Counted from the first letter of the stretch, positions 38,904 through 53,760 are shown. The stretch: DNA of 64,000 nt from Octopus sinensis (GCF_006345805.1 NC_043020.1:24366001-24430000); one strand, 5' to 3'. Notes: generated by a model from the letters alone, not told the origin. Numbers and translations are program-made.

Positions 38904-40124
38904 CTTGTGTGTGTGAATATATGTGTATATATATGAGTGTGGTATCATATATGTATATATATATAATATATATACATTTGTGTGTATGTCTGTGTGTGCG
39001 TATGTACGTACATATATGCTTATATACTTATATGTGTGTGTATATATGTGCGAGTAAGTGTGTGTGTGAATTTCATTTTCTTAATTCTATTTATTTGTTT
39101 ATACTTAACATTCATTATTACAATTTTTCTACTTTCACTTTCGTTCTTCAGTTCAGCAGCCATTTTCTCATCATGGTTTTACACACACACCCACACAAAA
39201 AACACAAATATGTGTTTCGTTTCCTTTTCCTTTTTTACTTTTTTCACCAATTCGCTCATTTGTTTTCAAGTGTGTCTTTAATAAAGATTTATCTGTGACG
39301 ACATATCAAAGCTGCGATGTAGCAGAGAGCGTTAAATAAATTACAAACATTCGTCTTGTTATGTGTTTCAAACTCGAATTTTTAGCCACTTGTATTTTCT
39401 TTATATGTCGTCCATTTTGTTATTAACGTTTTTGTTGCTGTTGTTGCTGCTTCTGCCGATGGCTTATATTTTTAATGTTTATTAATTCTTCATCTTTTTC
39501 TTGTTGATACAATATCTTATATTACTTTTGTAATTTCTTTATTTCGTGAATTCATTTATTTTTTCCCGCTTATTTTCTATATTAAGATATTTACCAGGAC
39601 ATGTGTTCATACAAATATACAAATTAACATACACACACATGTGTAGATATATAGATATGCAAATATGCTTGGAAGTCATACATAAGTATCTTTATATCTA
39701 CACACAAACACCCACATACAAGTGTATCTATATGCATTCCGTTCTAACTTGAGGAAGTCATTACGCCAAAAATACAAAAACAAAAGTGATGTATGTATGT
39801 ATGTATGTATCTATCTATCTATAAATATATATAGCAATTAAGGACAACTACTTAATAAGGAAAACTTAACAAGAAATTGTCAGGTAGATAGCGTGAAAAC
39901 CTCATAAGAGAAAAAATTTCGAAAATAATTATTTCTTATTGAACATATTAATTTATATATAGAGGGCATAATGCCATCTGGCATGTATGTATAATGCCCT
40001 CTATATATATATATATTATTATATATATATATATATACTACATACATACATACATACATACAACAAATTCATATGTACATATTCTGTATGAATATATCTA
40101 TACAAGTAATATATAAATATATAT

Positions 40125-40169
<45 letters not shown>

Positions 40170-41029
40170 TTTATAAACACCTCCCCATATATAACACAAT
40201 GATAGTATCACAAATTCGATATATGGGTAGCGTAGACCGATTTGTCCTTGAGCAATTTCAATTTTATGTACTTTGCTCTGATGATGTGTACAATGTAGCA
40301 TTCAACGGAGTGACAGTGTAGCATTCAATCTCGCTCTCAGTCTGTGTCTTTCATATTCTTAACGTGTCGTTCGGTAAAAATGTAGAAGAGTCGAAAGTGT
40401 ATCTGTCTGTCCCTGACTATACACAGGCACCTTAAATAATTTACGAAAGAATGGGACAAGCTGTCAAGCCATTCTACTCCGTCACATTCCTCTTTCTCTC
40501 TTAATTTGTGTTCCCCTCTCTGGTACATCTTCGCCTTTACACTTCCTCTCTTCCTCTCTCTTTCTGCTCCTCTCTGAAACATCTTTGTGTTCCTCTCTTT
40601 ACTCTTCCTCACCCTCCCGTACTACATATATATCCTATTCGTACAAACTGGTGGGCCTATATTGTTCTAAATTGTTATCGATTGTCCAGAGTTTTGAAAA
40701 ATTTCTTCTATATTGAATCTTTTCTCTACTGTTTACCACTCTGCCCAGTGCCACTAATTCTCATTGCAAATCCGATATTATCCAATATTGTCTTGTACAT
40801 GTCTCCTGTATTTATCGTACCTATAAATTGGAACTATATATTACTTCTAGCGTCCATACATGAAATTGCATTATATTTGTAGTGACCATTATATCAATAT
40901 ATGACGATATTCTAGTATGCCTTTTCCCCCTTTTTTCATTTTCATTTTATTAATTATTTTTTTTAATGACTTGGTTTTATATTGATCAGAATTTGATATT
41001 AGATCGATCAAAATTTGAAAATAAGTTGG

Positions 41030-41900
41030 TGCAGTGACAGAATCATTGCCGTTTTAGGTAAAATGACTGGTATTATTTACTGTAACTCTTTACTTTCCGA
41101 CTTTATATCCTACCGGTTTCATCATTCCAGCGCAGATAAAATACAGCACCAGTCATATTCTGGATCAAGTTAATCCATTAATCCACTGCATTCAAATTTC
41201 GGACCGTATATCTACATTTCAATTATTGGTTTCAAGATTTTTCACAAGGCCAGCAATTTTGGAGGAGGAGATAAGTCAGTTAGGTCGACCCCAGTGCTCT
41301 ACTGTTACTTATTTAATGTATTTTATCGAAGGATAAAAGGCAAAGTGGACCTCGGCGGGATTTCATCTCAGAACACAAAGACGGATGTAATGCCGCTAAT
41401 GGTTTTGCTGGACGTGCTAAGGATATTGCCTTATATCACGAACAAATATTACTAACAATTTGTTCCAGCTCTTTAATTTCTAGCTTCAAATATCCCTGAT
41501 ATCTACTTTCATTTTCATTCATTCGGGAGCTATATATTAAAGTACCAGTTATATAATTGGGAGAACCACTTTAATGGACAAATCCCGTTGCCTTCAAATT
41601 TCAACCGTTGGGCCTATTCTAGTAATATTTATTTACTTTCGTTTCGTCACATGCTCACCTCAAACACCCTGGTGTCAACTTTAACTGTAAACATTTCAAA
41701 ATTTGTGAAAGTACCAGCAATACACTGGGATTAATGTAATCGAAAACTGTACATTCTGACCTCAAGACCCGTCCATGTTAACTCTGAATTTCATCCTTTG
41801 AAAAATCAATTAAAAATACCGGTAATACGCTGGAGAGAAAGTTTAATCGACTAAACTCTGCTCTTTTATATTCCTGACCCTGTTTCAATGCCAGAAATCA
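41030..41900. mobile_element. Cluster of degenerate SINE family C copies (41225-41430 on minus, others on plus)
   Basis: CACAAGGCCAGCAATTTTGG...GTCGACCCCAGTGC...GGATAAAAGGCAAAGTGGACCTCGGCGGGATTT, plus repeated TTTCATCCTTT and AAGTACCAG cores. Confidence 0.7.
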
Positions 41901-42312
41901 ATATTCGTGCCTATTCTACTGATAACAAAGGCAGAAGGAATAATGTAAACGGCAAATATTTTGATTGAATGAGACTTGGACAGAGTCAAACATCTTGTTT
42001 CACAGCCAAAGTATAAAGATCTCAAATATTACAAATGAATATTTGAAATTACCGTACATTTGTAGTCACCAATTCTTGAAACAGTCACGTATTTCTATTT
42101 CAGACTACTTACAAAATTCTTTATATTGGTGTCCCATAAAAAATGTTCCCATATATTTGAAAGGTTCCATTTCTCTAATAGTCTCTCTGGGGAAGGTGTT
42201 CTCGGTCTTCAGTGACCAGGCTCTCAAATAATCCGGCTTTATAATGACAAGAACATTGGATATTTTGCCAAAAACTCGTAATGACTATTACATGAAATTG
42301 TCTTTGTGGCAG

Positions 42313-42389
<77 letters not shown>

Positions 42390-42660
42390 AAGAGAGAGAG
42401 GGGAGCAAGCAACGAGGTAGTTAACATATTTCTACTTCAAGTCTGATTTAATTTTAGTATCTTGAGATGACTATGGCCTTTGTTCGTCCGCCATGCAACA
42501 TATTTTCATCTGATGAGGACACCCAACACACCTGCCAACAATACTATCTCCTCCTTAACATGTATGGAAGGTCATGCAACATCCTCAAAAACACATATGT
42601 AGCTATATATAGAGAATGGATACATGTATATACACATATACTCACACACAGAGTGACGTG

Positions 42661-42697
<37 letters not shown>

Positions 42698-42710
42698 TAT
42701 ATAAATATAT

Positions 42711-42741
<31 letters not shown>

Positions 42742-43798
42742 CATATATAGATATATGTAGGTAGTAGCTACATGAATACGTGGTAAATTATCATATATAT
42801 ATACATATATGTATATATATGCATATATATATGTACATATATATATATATTTGTGTGTGTGTGTATGTGTAAGTATGTATGTATAATTGTATGAGTGTGT
42901 GTATGTGTATGGTACATCTGTAGGCATACAAGAACAGAAGGTAGACCATTTCCTTCCAACTGATTGAATCTCTAAATTTACGTCAATAAAATTGGTTCAC
43001 AGACAACCTTGTATCATTTTAATTACCACGTTTATAATGCATCACCAATGCTATGGTGTAGCCAGGCATCTGTGTGATTGAAGGCGAGTATCTTTATATA
43101 TATATATATATAATTATTATATAGATATATATTATATATATATATATGTGCGTGTCATATATACGTGTGTATCTGTATGTATATACTAGAGGCGTTGTAA
43201 TCACCATGTTCCACTCAGCAAATCCTGATCTTCTTTTATCGTTGCCTCTAGTAAAACGTTGATACTATATTCCGGTAACATACCTAGACGCATTCATGCA
43301 AATGTTCATCTATATATCTATATGTATACAAACATCTAAACCACACACACATATAGTTATACTTACATAAATGCCTATGTATGTACATATATGCATATAC
43401 AAATGTCCGTGCGTGTGTGTATATCTATGCATAAACACGTACATACCTATGCATATAATTTCGAACACAATGTACGCTTTTAATAAACTCACAATAGTAA
43501 CTCATTTTTGCGGCGAGAATATTACGCGCACACACACGTGCATGCATATATGCAAATGTACATATATTCACACACGTCGATATACATATATATGTATATA
43601 TATATACATACATGGATGTATACACATAAATATATGCACACAAATATATATAGATACTTTCGTGTCTACATACGTGCATACCCATACACACACACACAAC
43701 AACACACGCACTTTCACATACATTTATAGATATATTTATACAGATATATACGTATATATATACTATATATATATATATACATATAGTATATATAGTAT

Positions 43799-43846
<48 letters not shown>

Positions 43847-44489
43847 TGTATGTATGTATATTTATATGTATCTCTCTCTCTGCATATATATATATGAAGC
43901 ATTTGCATTTACATACATATATATATATATTTGCATATACATATATGTGTGTGTACACAAATACACTTCAATAAATACACAGACGCTTATATATAATAAA
44001 AGAATACACTTATGTGAGTGCGCGCGTGTATGCTCCCAACTATCCTGACACGTGATACGTTCGGTGCTAATCAGTATCCTATCAACCGTATCCCAGATTA
44101 TAAAATTATTCCCCTTTTGGCTACACTCTTATATTACCAATTACTCTTTCAATCTTTCTTTATACAACGTCCCTTATTACCGCCATCTTGTCTTCTCTTG
44201 TTTCTTTCCTTCTTTCTGTCGTTCTCTTTTTATTCCGCTTTCATTCATTTCATTTATGAACGTCTTAATTCATTTCTTTATTGTCGTTTCCTATTGAGCA
44301 AAATTATCGGTATATATACATATATTTATATACACACTGAAATATGCAGTCTTAACACGTATACGCACCCTAAATTAGCAGGAAATGATAGACTTTTGCA
44401 TACAAAGATTGATTTATCACACATACATATATATTAAATGTCTTTAATACGTACGTGCGTATAATATATATTTCTATGTGATGTATGCA

Positions 44490-44871
44490 ATTATGAATAT
44501 ATATACATATCTATACTATACATATATATATATATATATATACATATATAATATAACATATATATATATACATATAATAATATCCACATATATATATACA
44601 CACATTATATATACAATATATATATATATAGTATAAATCATATATATATAAGATATATACATATAATATATATTCATATATATATATACATATATATACA
44701 TACATATATGCATATATATATTATATACATATATATATATACATATATACATACATATATATACATATACTTTATTTAAAGCATCTTAATCTGCCACTGG
44801 TATTTGGGTACTCTTTTTTCCACCTTGTTTCACATTTATGTGTTTACTTTTACTTACCTCCGGTATATTAC

Positions 44872-44916
<45 letters not shown>

Positions 44917-44962
44917 GATATATATATATATATACATAATATATATATATTTATACATATAC

Positions 44963-44996
<34 letters not shown>

Positions 44997-45463
44997 ATAT
45001 ATTTATACATATGCATATATATACATATATACATATATATTATACATATATATATACATGTATACATATATATATACATATATACAAATATATATATACA
45101 TGTATATACATATATATATATATCATGTATACATATATATATATATATATATATACATATATACTATATATATATCTGTATACATATATACATATAGATA
45201 TACATATATATATGTATATATATATATATATATTACATATACATGTATATATATACGTATATACATATATATATATATACATATATACATATATATAATA
45301 TACATATATATACATTATAACAATACATAATATATATGCCTATATATACATATACATATATATTATACATATATAATACATATATATACATATATACATA
45401 CATATATATATATCATATATACATATACATCCATATATATATATAATATATATATACATATAC

Positions 45464-45501
<38 letters not shown>

Positions 45502-45555
45502 ACAATACATATATTACATATACATACATTATACATATACATATATATATATTAT
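44490..45555. repeat. Long (TA)/(TACA) microsatellite array with a short unique island at about 44770-44865
   Basis: Direct reading. Confidence 0.95.
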
Positions 45556-45715
45556 GAGGCGCCAATGGCCTAGTGGTTAGGGCAGCGGACTCGCGGTCGC
45601 AGGATCGCGGTTTCGATTCTCAGACTGGGCGTTGTGTGTGTTTATTGAGCGAAAACACCTAAAGCTCTACGAGGCTCCGGCAGGGGTGGTGATCCCTGCT
45701 AGTACTCTTTCACCC
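45556..45715 (+). mobile_element. SINE family B, 5' half
   Basis: GAGGCGCCAATGGCCTAGTGGTTAGGGCAGCGGACTCGCGGTCGCAGGATCGCGGTTTCGATTC...GAGCGAAAACACCTAAAG. Confidence 0.9.
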
Positions 45716-45717
45716 AC

Positions 45718-45780
45718 AATGGCGGTGCCCCAGCATGGGCCAGCTCAGAGCTGAAACTGGAAAACAGAAACAGAAACAGA
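45718..45780 (+). mobile_element. Tail-only CR1-group LINE 3' end
   Basis: AATGGCGGTGCCCCAGCATGGGCCAGCTCAGAGCTGAAACTGG followed by (AAACAG)n. Confidence 0.85.
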
Positions 45781-45913
45781 TACTATATATACATATACAA
45801 TATATATATATACCTACATATATATACATATACATATATATAATATATATATACATATATATATATATATACATACACATATATAATATATACATACATA
45901 TATATATATATAT

Positions 45914-45950
<37 letters not shown>

Positions 45951-46232
45951 TATATATATATATACATACATATATATTATATACATACATATATATATAT
46001 ATACATACATATATATATATATATATACATACATATATATAAATATATATACATACATATATATATAATACATACATATATATATATATATACATACATA
46101 TATATATATATATACATACATACATATATATATATTACTCATCATTACACTACATATATAATAATATATATAATATATATATATATTATATATATAATAA
46201 TATATACAACATAGCATATATCTATATAATAT

Positions 46233-47160
46233 ATGCCGCAGGAGTTGGACTCAATCTACAGATGGGCCGAGGATAATAATATGCAGTTTAATGCTGAAAA
46301 ATTCCAAGCCCTGCGCTACCAGCATCCAAAACTGAATATTAGACTTACAGGGTACACCGGTCTACAGGGTATTTCAATCCCAGAGCCAAAGTCTGTGAGG
46401 GACCTGGGTATCGACATGAGTGATGATACCTCTTTCCAAGTACACATTACCAGGATGACGAGAAAGTGCAGACGACCGGCTGGATGGATCCTAAGAACAT
46501 TCAGAACCAGAGATAAGGAAACCATGATGGTCTTCTGTCGGACATTCGTCCTCAGCCGCCTGGATTACTGCTCACAGCTATGGTCACCCACCAGTGTGAA
46601 ATTAACAGCGGACCTTGAAGCAACCCAGAGAAGATTCACAAAGAAAATCGTCTCTTTGCAACAGCTCAGCTACTAGGAAAGGTTGAAATAGCTAAGACTC
46701 TACTCCCTGGAGAGAAGACGGGAGAGGTATGCAGTAATATATATCTGGAAGATCCTGGAAGGAATTGTGCCAAATTTTGGCAGTGTAAGCTACACCAATG
46801 CTAGAAAGGGCGACACTGCATAGTGCCAAAGATCCCAGCGATGGCATCACGCTTCAGGACCAGCTACTGCAACAGCCTGGATTTCAAGGGCCCACATCTT
46901 TTTAATATTCTCCCAAAGAGTCTGAGGAACTTGCACAAAGTAGATGTAGCGGTTTTTAAATCAAAGCTGCACATCTTCTTGTCGAGAGTCCCAGATGAGC
47001 CTACCTCACGGCAAGAGGTGCAAATGAGGGTAGCGATATCAAACACCATTCTTCACCAAGTGCCACATATTAGAGGAGGCTCTTAGTAATAACAGAGTAG
47101 CACAAAACGGCGGTGCATCAGCATGGCCGCAGCTCTGAGCTGGAACAAGAAAAAAACGAA
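46233..47160 (+). mobile_element. 5'-truncated CR1/L2-group LINE (ORF2 C-terminus and 3' UTR), related to the 17.7-kb copy
   Basis: [57 protein letters not shown]. Two TAG stops near 46674-46691, a frameshift near 46805, and tail GGCGGTGCATCAGCATGGCCGCAGCTCTGAGCTG. Confidence 0.95.
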
Positions 47161-47202
47161 ATATATATACATATACATATATATATATATATACACATAT
47201 AC

Positions 47203-47235
<33 letters not shown>

Positions 47236-47605
47236 CATATATATACATAATACATATATATATATAAATATATATATATATACATATACAAATAATATAT
47301 ATAAATATATATATATACATATACATATTAATATAAAATATATATATATACATATACATATATATATATAAATATATATACATACATATACCATATAATA
47401 TATACAATATATATATACATATACATATATATTATACATATATATATATACATATACATATATATATTATATATATACATATACATATAATATATCATAT
47501 AATGTATACATATACATATATATATATACATATGTATACATATACATATGTATACATATACATATATATATTACATATACATAAATACATATACATATAC
47601 ATATA

Positions 47606-47640
<35 letters not shown>

Positions 47641-48162
47641 TATATATACATATATATATATATCATATATATATATACATATACATACATATATACACTA
47701 TATACATATATATTACATATATATATATATATACATATATATATACATACATATACATATATATATACATATATATACATATACATATATATATACATAT
47801 ATATACATATCATATATATATATATATATATATACATATAATATAACATACATATACATATATATATACATATATATACATATACATATATATATATATA
47901 AATATATATTTTTTGAATGCATAATACTCAATGTGACATTATGTAAAAAAACTTTTTTTGAAACCCATATTATTCAATGTTTCCTCCCTTAAATGTAACT
48001 TTTGACAATCTTTTACCAAAGGTGAAACCGGTTAAGTAATAAACATCGTTTAAAAAATGGCATTTTCACAAACCTTTTTTCTTTATAATCCCACTCGTGC
48101 GATACCCCAAACTCAACTTTTTTATACATATATATATATATACAATATATATTATATACACA

Positions 48163-48193
<31 letters not shown>

Positions 48194-48749
48194 GTATACA
48201 TACTATACATATATATATATACATATATATTATAATACATATACACATATATATATATATACACATATACATATATATATACATATATACATATACACCA
48301 TATATAATATATACACATATACATATATATAATAGCATATTACATATATACATATATATATATACATATATACATATATTATATATACATATATACATAT
48401 ATATATATACATATATATATATACATAGATACATATATATATAATACATATATACATATATATAATCATATATACAATATACATTATACATATTATAAAT
48501 ACATATATACATATATATAGACATATAATACATATATATATATACATATATACATATATATATATATAATTATACATATATATATAATTATATATATATT
48601 ATACATATATATATAACATATACATATATATATATATATGTATATGTTATAATAATATATATAAGTGTATATATATATGTATATGTATATGTATATATAT
48701 ATATGTATATGTGATATATATATTGGTATATGTATATATAATATAGATA

Positions 48750-48789
<40 letters not shown>

Positions 48790-48820
48790 CATATATATAT
48801 ATGTATATATATATATATAT
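47160..48820. repeat. Very long (TA)/(TACA) array with a unique island at about 47910-48125
   Basis: Direct reading. Confidence 0.95.
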
Positions 48821-48924
48821 GAGTACTCCGAATAATAAGCACATAGATGTGAATAGGTGGGAAAGATATTAGGGAAGAAACAAGGAGAGAAAATATATTA
48901 CTCAATACGGAAGCTGAGTATATC

Positions 48925-49060
48925 CTTTATTATTAAAGCTGCAAAAACTACTTAGAGATTCACATTTCCGTTCGTCAGCCAGTTGCGATTGTCCGACGAA
49001 CGGAAACGTGAATCTCTGAGTAGCAGTTTTTTGTGATGTTTTGTGAACCCTTAATAATAA
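48925..49060. repeat. Foldback (inverted repeat) element
   Basis: 31-nt arms at 48948-48978 and 48993-49023 with 3 differences, plus outer TTATTATTAA/TTAATAATAA. Confidence 0.85.
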
Positions 49061-49974
49061 TGTATATATGAGTATATATATATATGTGTGTATTGAGCAG
49101 AATATTTGCTGTAGCCTATCTTTCATACCAAGACAAAACAATCTACATGATAATACTTCTAATCAGTTAAGATCGAAATCCATAAGAACCACTGCCTGGT
49201 TCTACATCAGGGCATAGTGTCGATACTGCATCAGGGCAATGTGCCTGGTACTGCGTTATCATCATCTTTATAATCATTATTATTATTGGAAAAGTTCATT
49301 CGTAATGTTTCCAACATTCTCCATGTTCTCTAATTCCTTCCTCTTTCTACGTATACCATAACACTGTATCGAAACCACTGCATCCATACAAATGTATTCA
49401 TTTGGAGGTTTGTAATAATCCCACCTGCATCCATGATTATGATAATACTACCTTGTATTGTCATAATGCGCATTGAAAGGAGATGCCAATTTAATCTAGC
49501 TGTAATTCCACATTAAATTGCTGAACATGCGTGCATATATACATATATGTGTTTGTACGTGTGTGTATGCGGGTTGATGTGTATATGTGTGCGTGTATGC
49601 ATACGTACATGTGTATGTGTGTATACTAATCCCTTTAATTCTATTTCTTTCCCTCCCTACCCTCCATTTTCCAAATTTAAATTTGATTTAAATATCATCT
49701 CCCAAAAGATTCGATTCCCGTACATTACAAGATTAACGTCATAATTCTCGTAGATTGTCGTAGAACACTCTAGGGACGCATAACTTCAATAATATTCGTA
49801 GTCATGCCTTCTTTTCCCTAAACTTCAAATATAATCCTCAATTAAGAAATGCTTATGAACTTGTGTAGTTAAATCTCGACAGAACATATCTATAATTAAT
49901 CTACCTTTATAATTATTATTGACTTTCAACCTTTTTGTCGTAACTATTTATGTAGTAATGTTATCTTGACAATA

Positions 49975-50262
49975 ATTAGAACCACAATAATTTTTGTGGC
50001 AGAGAATTCGACTTTATGAAGAACTTCTTAAGCTTAATCACTGGTACTTGATAAAATAGCTGAGTCACCAACAAAATCTGTATCACATATAACGGTGGGT
50101 TTGGCTTGCTTATCCTTCGTGTCAGTGTAAAGTGGAAAAATAGTTCCTTAACAATGGCTTCATTCGGGGCATAGTACAGTGCGATTATGAAAAGATGCAG
50201 TGGCAATGTGTCACCTTGAAGAACCCCATCAGGATAGCAATTAAAATTGCTCAAAGGCAATT
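49975..50262 (-). mobile_element. RTE-like non-LTR reverse transcriptase fragment, decayed
   Basis: GVLQGDTLPLHLFIIALYY (compare GVLQGDTLAPYLFII.LDY) and, after a frameshift, DTDFVGDSAILS (decayed DFADD motif). Confidence 0.7.
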
Positions 50263-50830
50263 ACGATTTCTACGACAGTGAGGCTGAAGTAAGCAGAAAG
50301 ATATACACAAAGTACTATTTGTAGGAACCGGAGATGCAGTGCGGGAAGACCTGCTCAAACATTCATCCATCATTCATGCCAAACGATAGAGAACTCGGCC
50401 AAGGACAATGGAATATCGTAAACTGTGGAGAGACTTTGCCAGAGGAGTTCGACTGTGATCGAAATGAAGATCATCATAAAAATTTGCAAGCACCTTGCTT
50501 GTACAACTGCTGTCAATCGAAACTCTGCATCCCGGATGCCTGTTAGTATGCCCAACGTTACCATCCCCACACTTTGCTAGTGCAAAGACCAACCAAGTGG
50601 ATCGACTAACGAGTAGCTAATCTTCGTTTAACTTGGCATCATGAGCACCATTAAAAATCTGGAGTTCTGCACGTCTGACATGCCACAGAGACAGACAAGT
50701 ACTTACTGCACACCAATACATCACTTCTATGACCACTTCTGACAGCATTGCTCAAGATGTTACGTTGCGAAATCGAACACAAAACATCGTGATTGCAAAG
50801 CAAATTCAGTAACCACTCAGTTATAATGTG

Positions 50831-50909
<79 letters not shown>

Positions 50910-50959
50910 TGTATGTATGTATGTATGTATGTATGTATGTATTCATGGGTTGGTGTAGT

Positions 50960-51125
50960 GCAAGCTGGGAGAATCGTTAGGTGTGAAACAAAATGCTTTG
51001 TAGCATTTCTTCCGGCTATTTTAAGTTCCGAGTTGAAATGTCTTCTGGGTCGATAAAATAAGTAAAATAAGTGATAATGTAATAGACTCACTTCCGCTAC
51101 AATTGCTGGCCTTGTCCCAAGATTT
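50960..51125 (+). mobile_element. SINE family C, degenerate and deleted
   Basis: AGCTGGGAGAATCGTTAG...GGGTCGATAAAATAAGTA...AATTGCTGGCCTTGT. Confidence 0.7.
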
Positions 51126-53539
51126 TAAATTATATGTCAATACATACACTTACACGCATATGTGAGTGTGTGTGCGTGTGTGTGTATGTGTGTGTGTGTG
51201 TGTGTGTGTGCTACCTGGTAGATTGCAGGAGACTTCTAAGAACGATGTAAATTAAAAAGCACCAATTTATCAATCACAACGATGCTAAAATATTTCTACC
51301 CTGACTTTGATCTCATATTTTATTTTAATTCATGATTTTGACCTTCCGACTCTTACACTCAGCCTAGTCTCTCATATTTCCCCTTACTACATCAATAAGA
51401 CCCTTCATTAAAAAAAAGCAATAAAAACACTGCTTCATTAAATAATAATGAGTAGTCCGGCCAGACGTTGTATTAAATATTGTTTTGTCGCTTATTATAT
51501 TCTGTCTGTGTAAGAATATACAATAAGATATTTTATACATTATCGACTTTCCTTATCATATTCTCTCTCTCTACTATAATTTAAATTATTATCTGTATAA
51601 TTTACCTTTTGTACACTTACTTAACGATACAACCCAAAACAAAAGCGGTTAGACCAAACCTTATTATAGACCGAAGTTGTCCGCCATAGTTGTTTTAAGT
51701 CATTCAGTTTCATTTGCTATACAACCTCCATATTTTGCTTTTATCTTTATGTATTATAATTCACATTGTGTTTTAAATATTGTAAATACAGTCATTATAC
51801 ATACATTAATAAATACAAATATGTATGTATATAGAGCGACATATTTAATTAGCCTCGAAATACACAAAGAATACATCATAATTGACAGATTTTTGCTTAT
51901 GAATAATCAGAAATATACCCCCATCACCCCACACCCAACAGTCATTTCCGCCTTAAAAAACACCCATCTTTAGTATTAAAGAAAAAACACATAATTTTAG
52001 AATTGCTTCTATTTATTTATTTTTTTTTTGTTTTTTTGAAATGCATTAACATTTTCAAGATTTCGATTTTCAATAAAGTAGATTCCAATATGTTATTTTC
52101 AAAAGTATTAACGATTTTTCTTAACAACTTTTAAAGAAATTTTATGACCCCTAGCGACTTTAAATTCTGAAAATTATCATTATTTATATTATGGTTAAAG
52201 AAAGAAGCGGGGAAGATTGCAAGATACGAAATTATATCCTCATATTTGAGTCCTCCACTATTAGGATATTTCGTCGTCTTTTCATCATTACTCCGACGAT
52301 TTGTAACATGAAACGATAGATATCTTACGCAAGCAACTTAGCTTGCGGATAAAATATTTATATATCATACTCTACTTCATTATAAATTGATACTGAGTTC
52401 TATTAATCCAGTTCGGTACGTGCATACACTGGGTCTTCGTAAATTAGTCTTACAGTTTGAAAACTTAAAAAACAAAAACAAAAAAAAAATGAATAACTCA
52501 ACAGAGATTATTAGAAAACATGGGCAAACAAATTTTATTAGACACATCCGAACACTTCCACCTGGGTCCCATTCGTTGCAAGCAACCTGTTGAATATGGA
52601 TCATATTTGTTTTGTATTTTTTTTCCCGAATTTTTCAAATTGTAAATATAATTTATGGATACATGTGTGTATACCTTCACACACACACACACACACACAC
52701 ACATGATTGCCATAACTGAAGGACCCTTAATAACTGGAAACACAAGCCTGCATTTTGAATGTCTATAAACATACACACGTATGTACATATGTGTACAGTG
52801 ATAGACATATGTGCTTAACGTTCGTTACGTCACTTCAAACATTTATTACACTAAACTATATTTGTTGACATACAGGTTCCACTATCGTACATATTTATTT
52901 AGAAATTGCATTTTATTAAAATATTTCAATTTTGCATTTGTCTTGCAAACTTTTTATGTGAAACATAAATTGTTGTATTTTGGGAGCGTCATTTTGCTTA
53001 TAAACAGACCCGCTCTGGTTATATTTCTTAGAATACTTACTGATGGCTACAAACCATGGTTTTGAGACCATGGTTCTATTGAATGAGAGATAACCAGATT
53101 CTGCCAGCGACGACGACGACAATAACAACATTACACGGTACAGGCCATCAATGAAACCTTAATGTGGCCACATGAAATATGAGAAGTAACAGCTAAATCT
53201 CCCTCAAATCCCTGCTATTTTATCGTGTTCAAAGAATAAACGGCATAAGACAGAGTGGGCACGGTTTGACACTGTCGGCTAAATCTGGTTTGACTCGTGG
53301 TTAAACATCAACAACAACGATAACAACAATTAAAGTCAAGCATTTTAAACAGCACAAACATGGCGCTGGTCATCAAGAATTGAGATTGATTAAACAGGGT
53401 GAAACTATGTAATCATTGGATGAACAGTTGCTTAAACATCGATACATCGTCTGTTAAACATATTGTCTCAAATGTATTACATAATAATATATGATATAAT
53501 TAACACAATGATTAATTTTTGTATAATTAGCACCAATGC

Positions 53540-53760
53540 ATACAAAAGTGAGTGGCAGACAACGGCTGCCAGGAATTTTGACAAGTGATCGGAAGAATGG
53601 TTAAGTGGCTTGTTGTGTTCAAGGAACTGTTGCGGTTTATTGATGCAGAAAATGCATTCTTTGAAAGACTGATTCCTGGAGATGAAACAAGATTTTTATA
53701 TTTTATGATTCGGAGAAGGAAGTTCTATAACCGTAACAGGAAGAGTACCAGAAATAAATT
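53540..53760 (+). mobile_element. mariner transposase fragment, decayed
   Basis: FFERLIPGDETRFLYF resembles the mariner FL.RIVTGDETW first-catalytic-Asp motif. Confidence 0.55.

Noticed and set aside
42479-42490. TTTGTTCGTCCG, resembling the start of miR-375
   Set aside because: Diverges after 12 nt, and the upstream sequence cannot form the precursor hairpin.
43184-43253. 10-bp inverted repeat TACTAGAGGC/GCCTCTAGTA
   Set aside because: Short, with no second copy or other support; compatible with chance or an unrecognisable MITE relic.
49190-49255. Short direct repeats of (CCTGGT)ACTGCATCAGGGCA
   Set aside because: Local duplication at the end of a dispersed repeat. There are no unique spacers and the context is eukaryotic, so this is not CRISPR; no CRISPR array was seen anywhere in the window.
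50334-50546. Cys-rich 70-aa ORF
   Set aside because: No signal peptide or known cysteine pattern; it lies beside an RT remnant and is more likely decayed LINE sequence.
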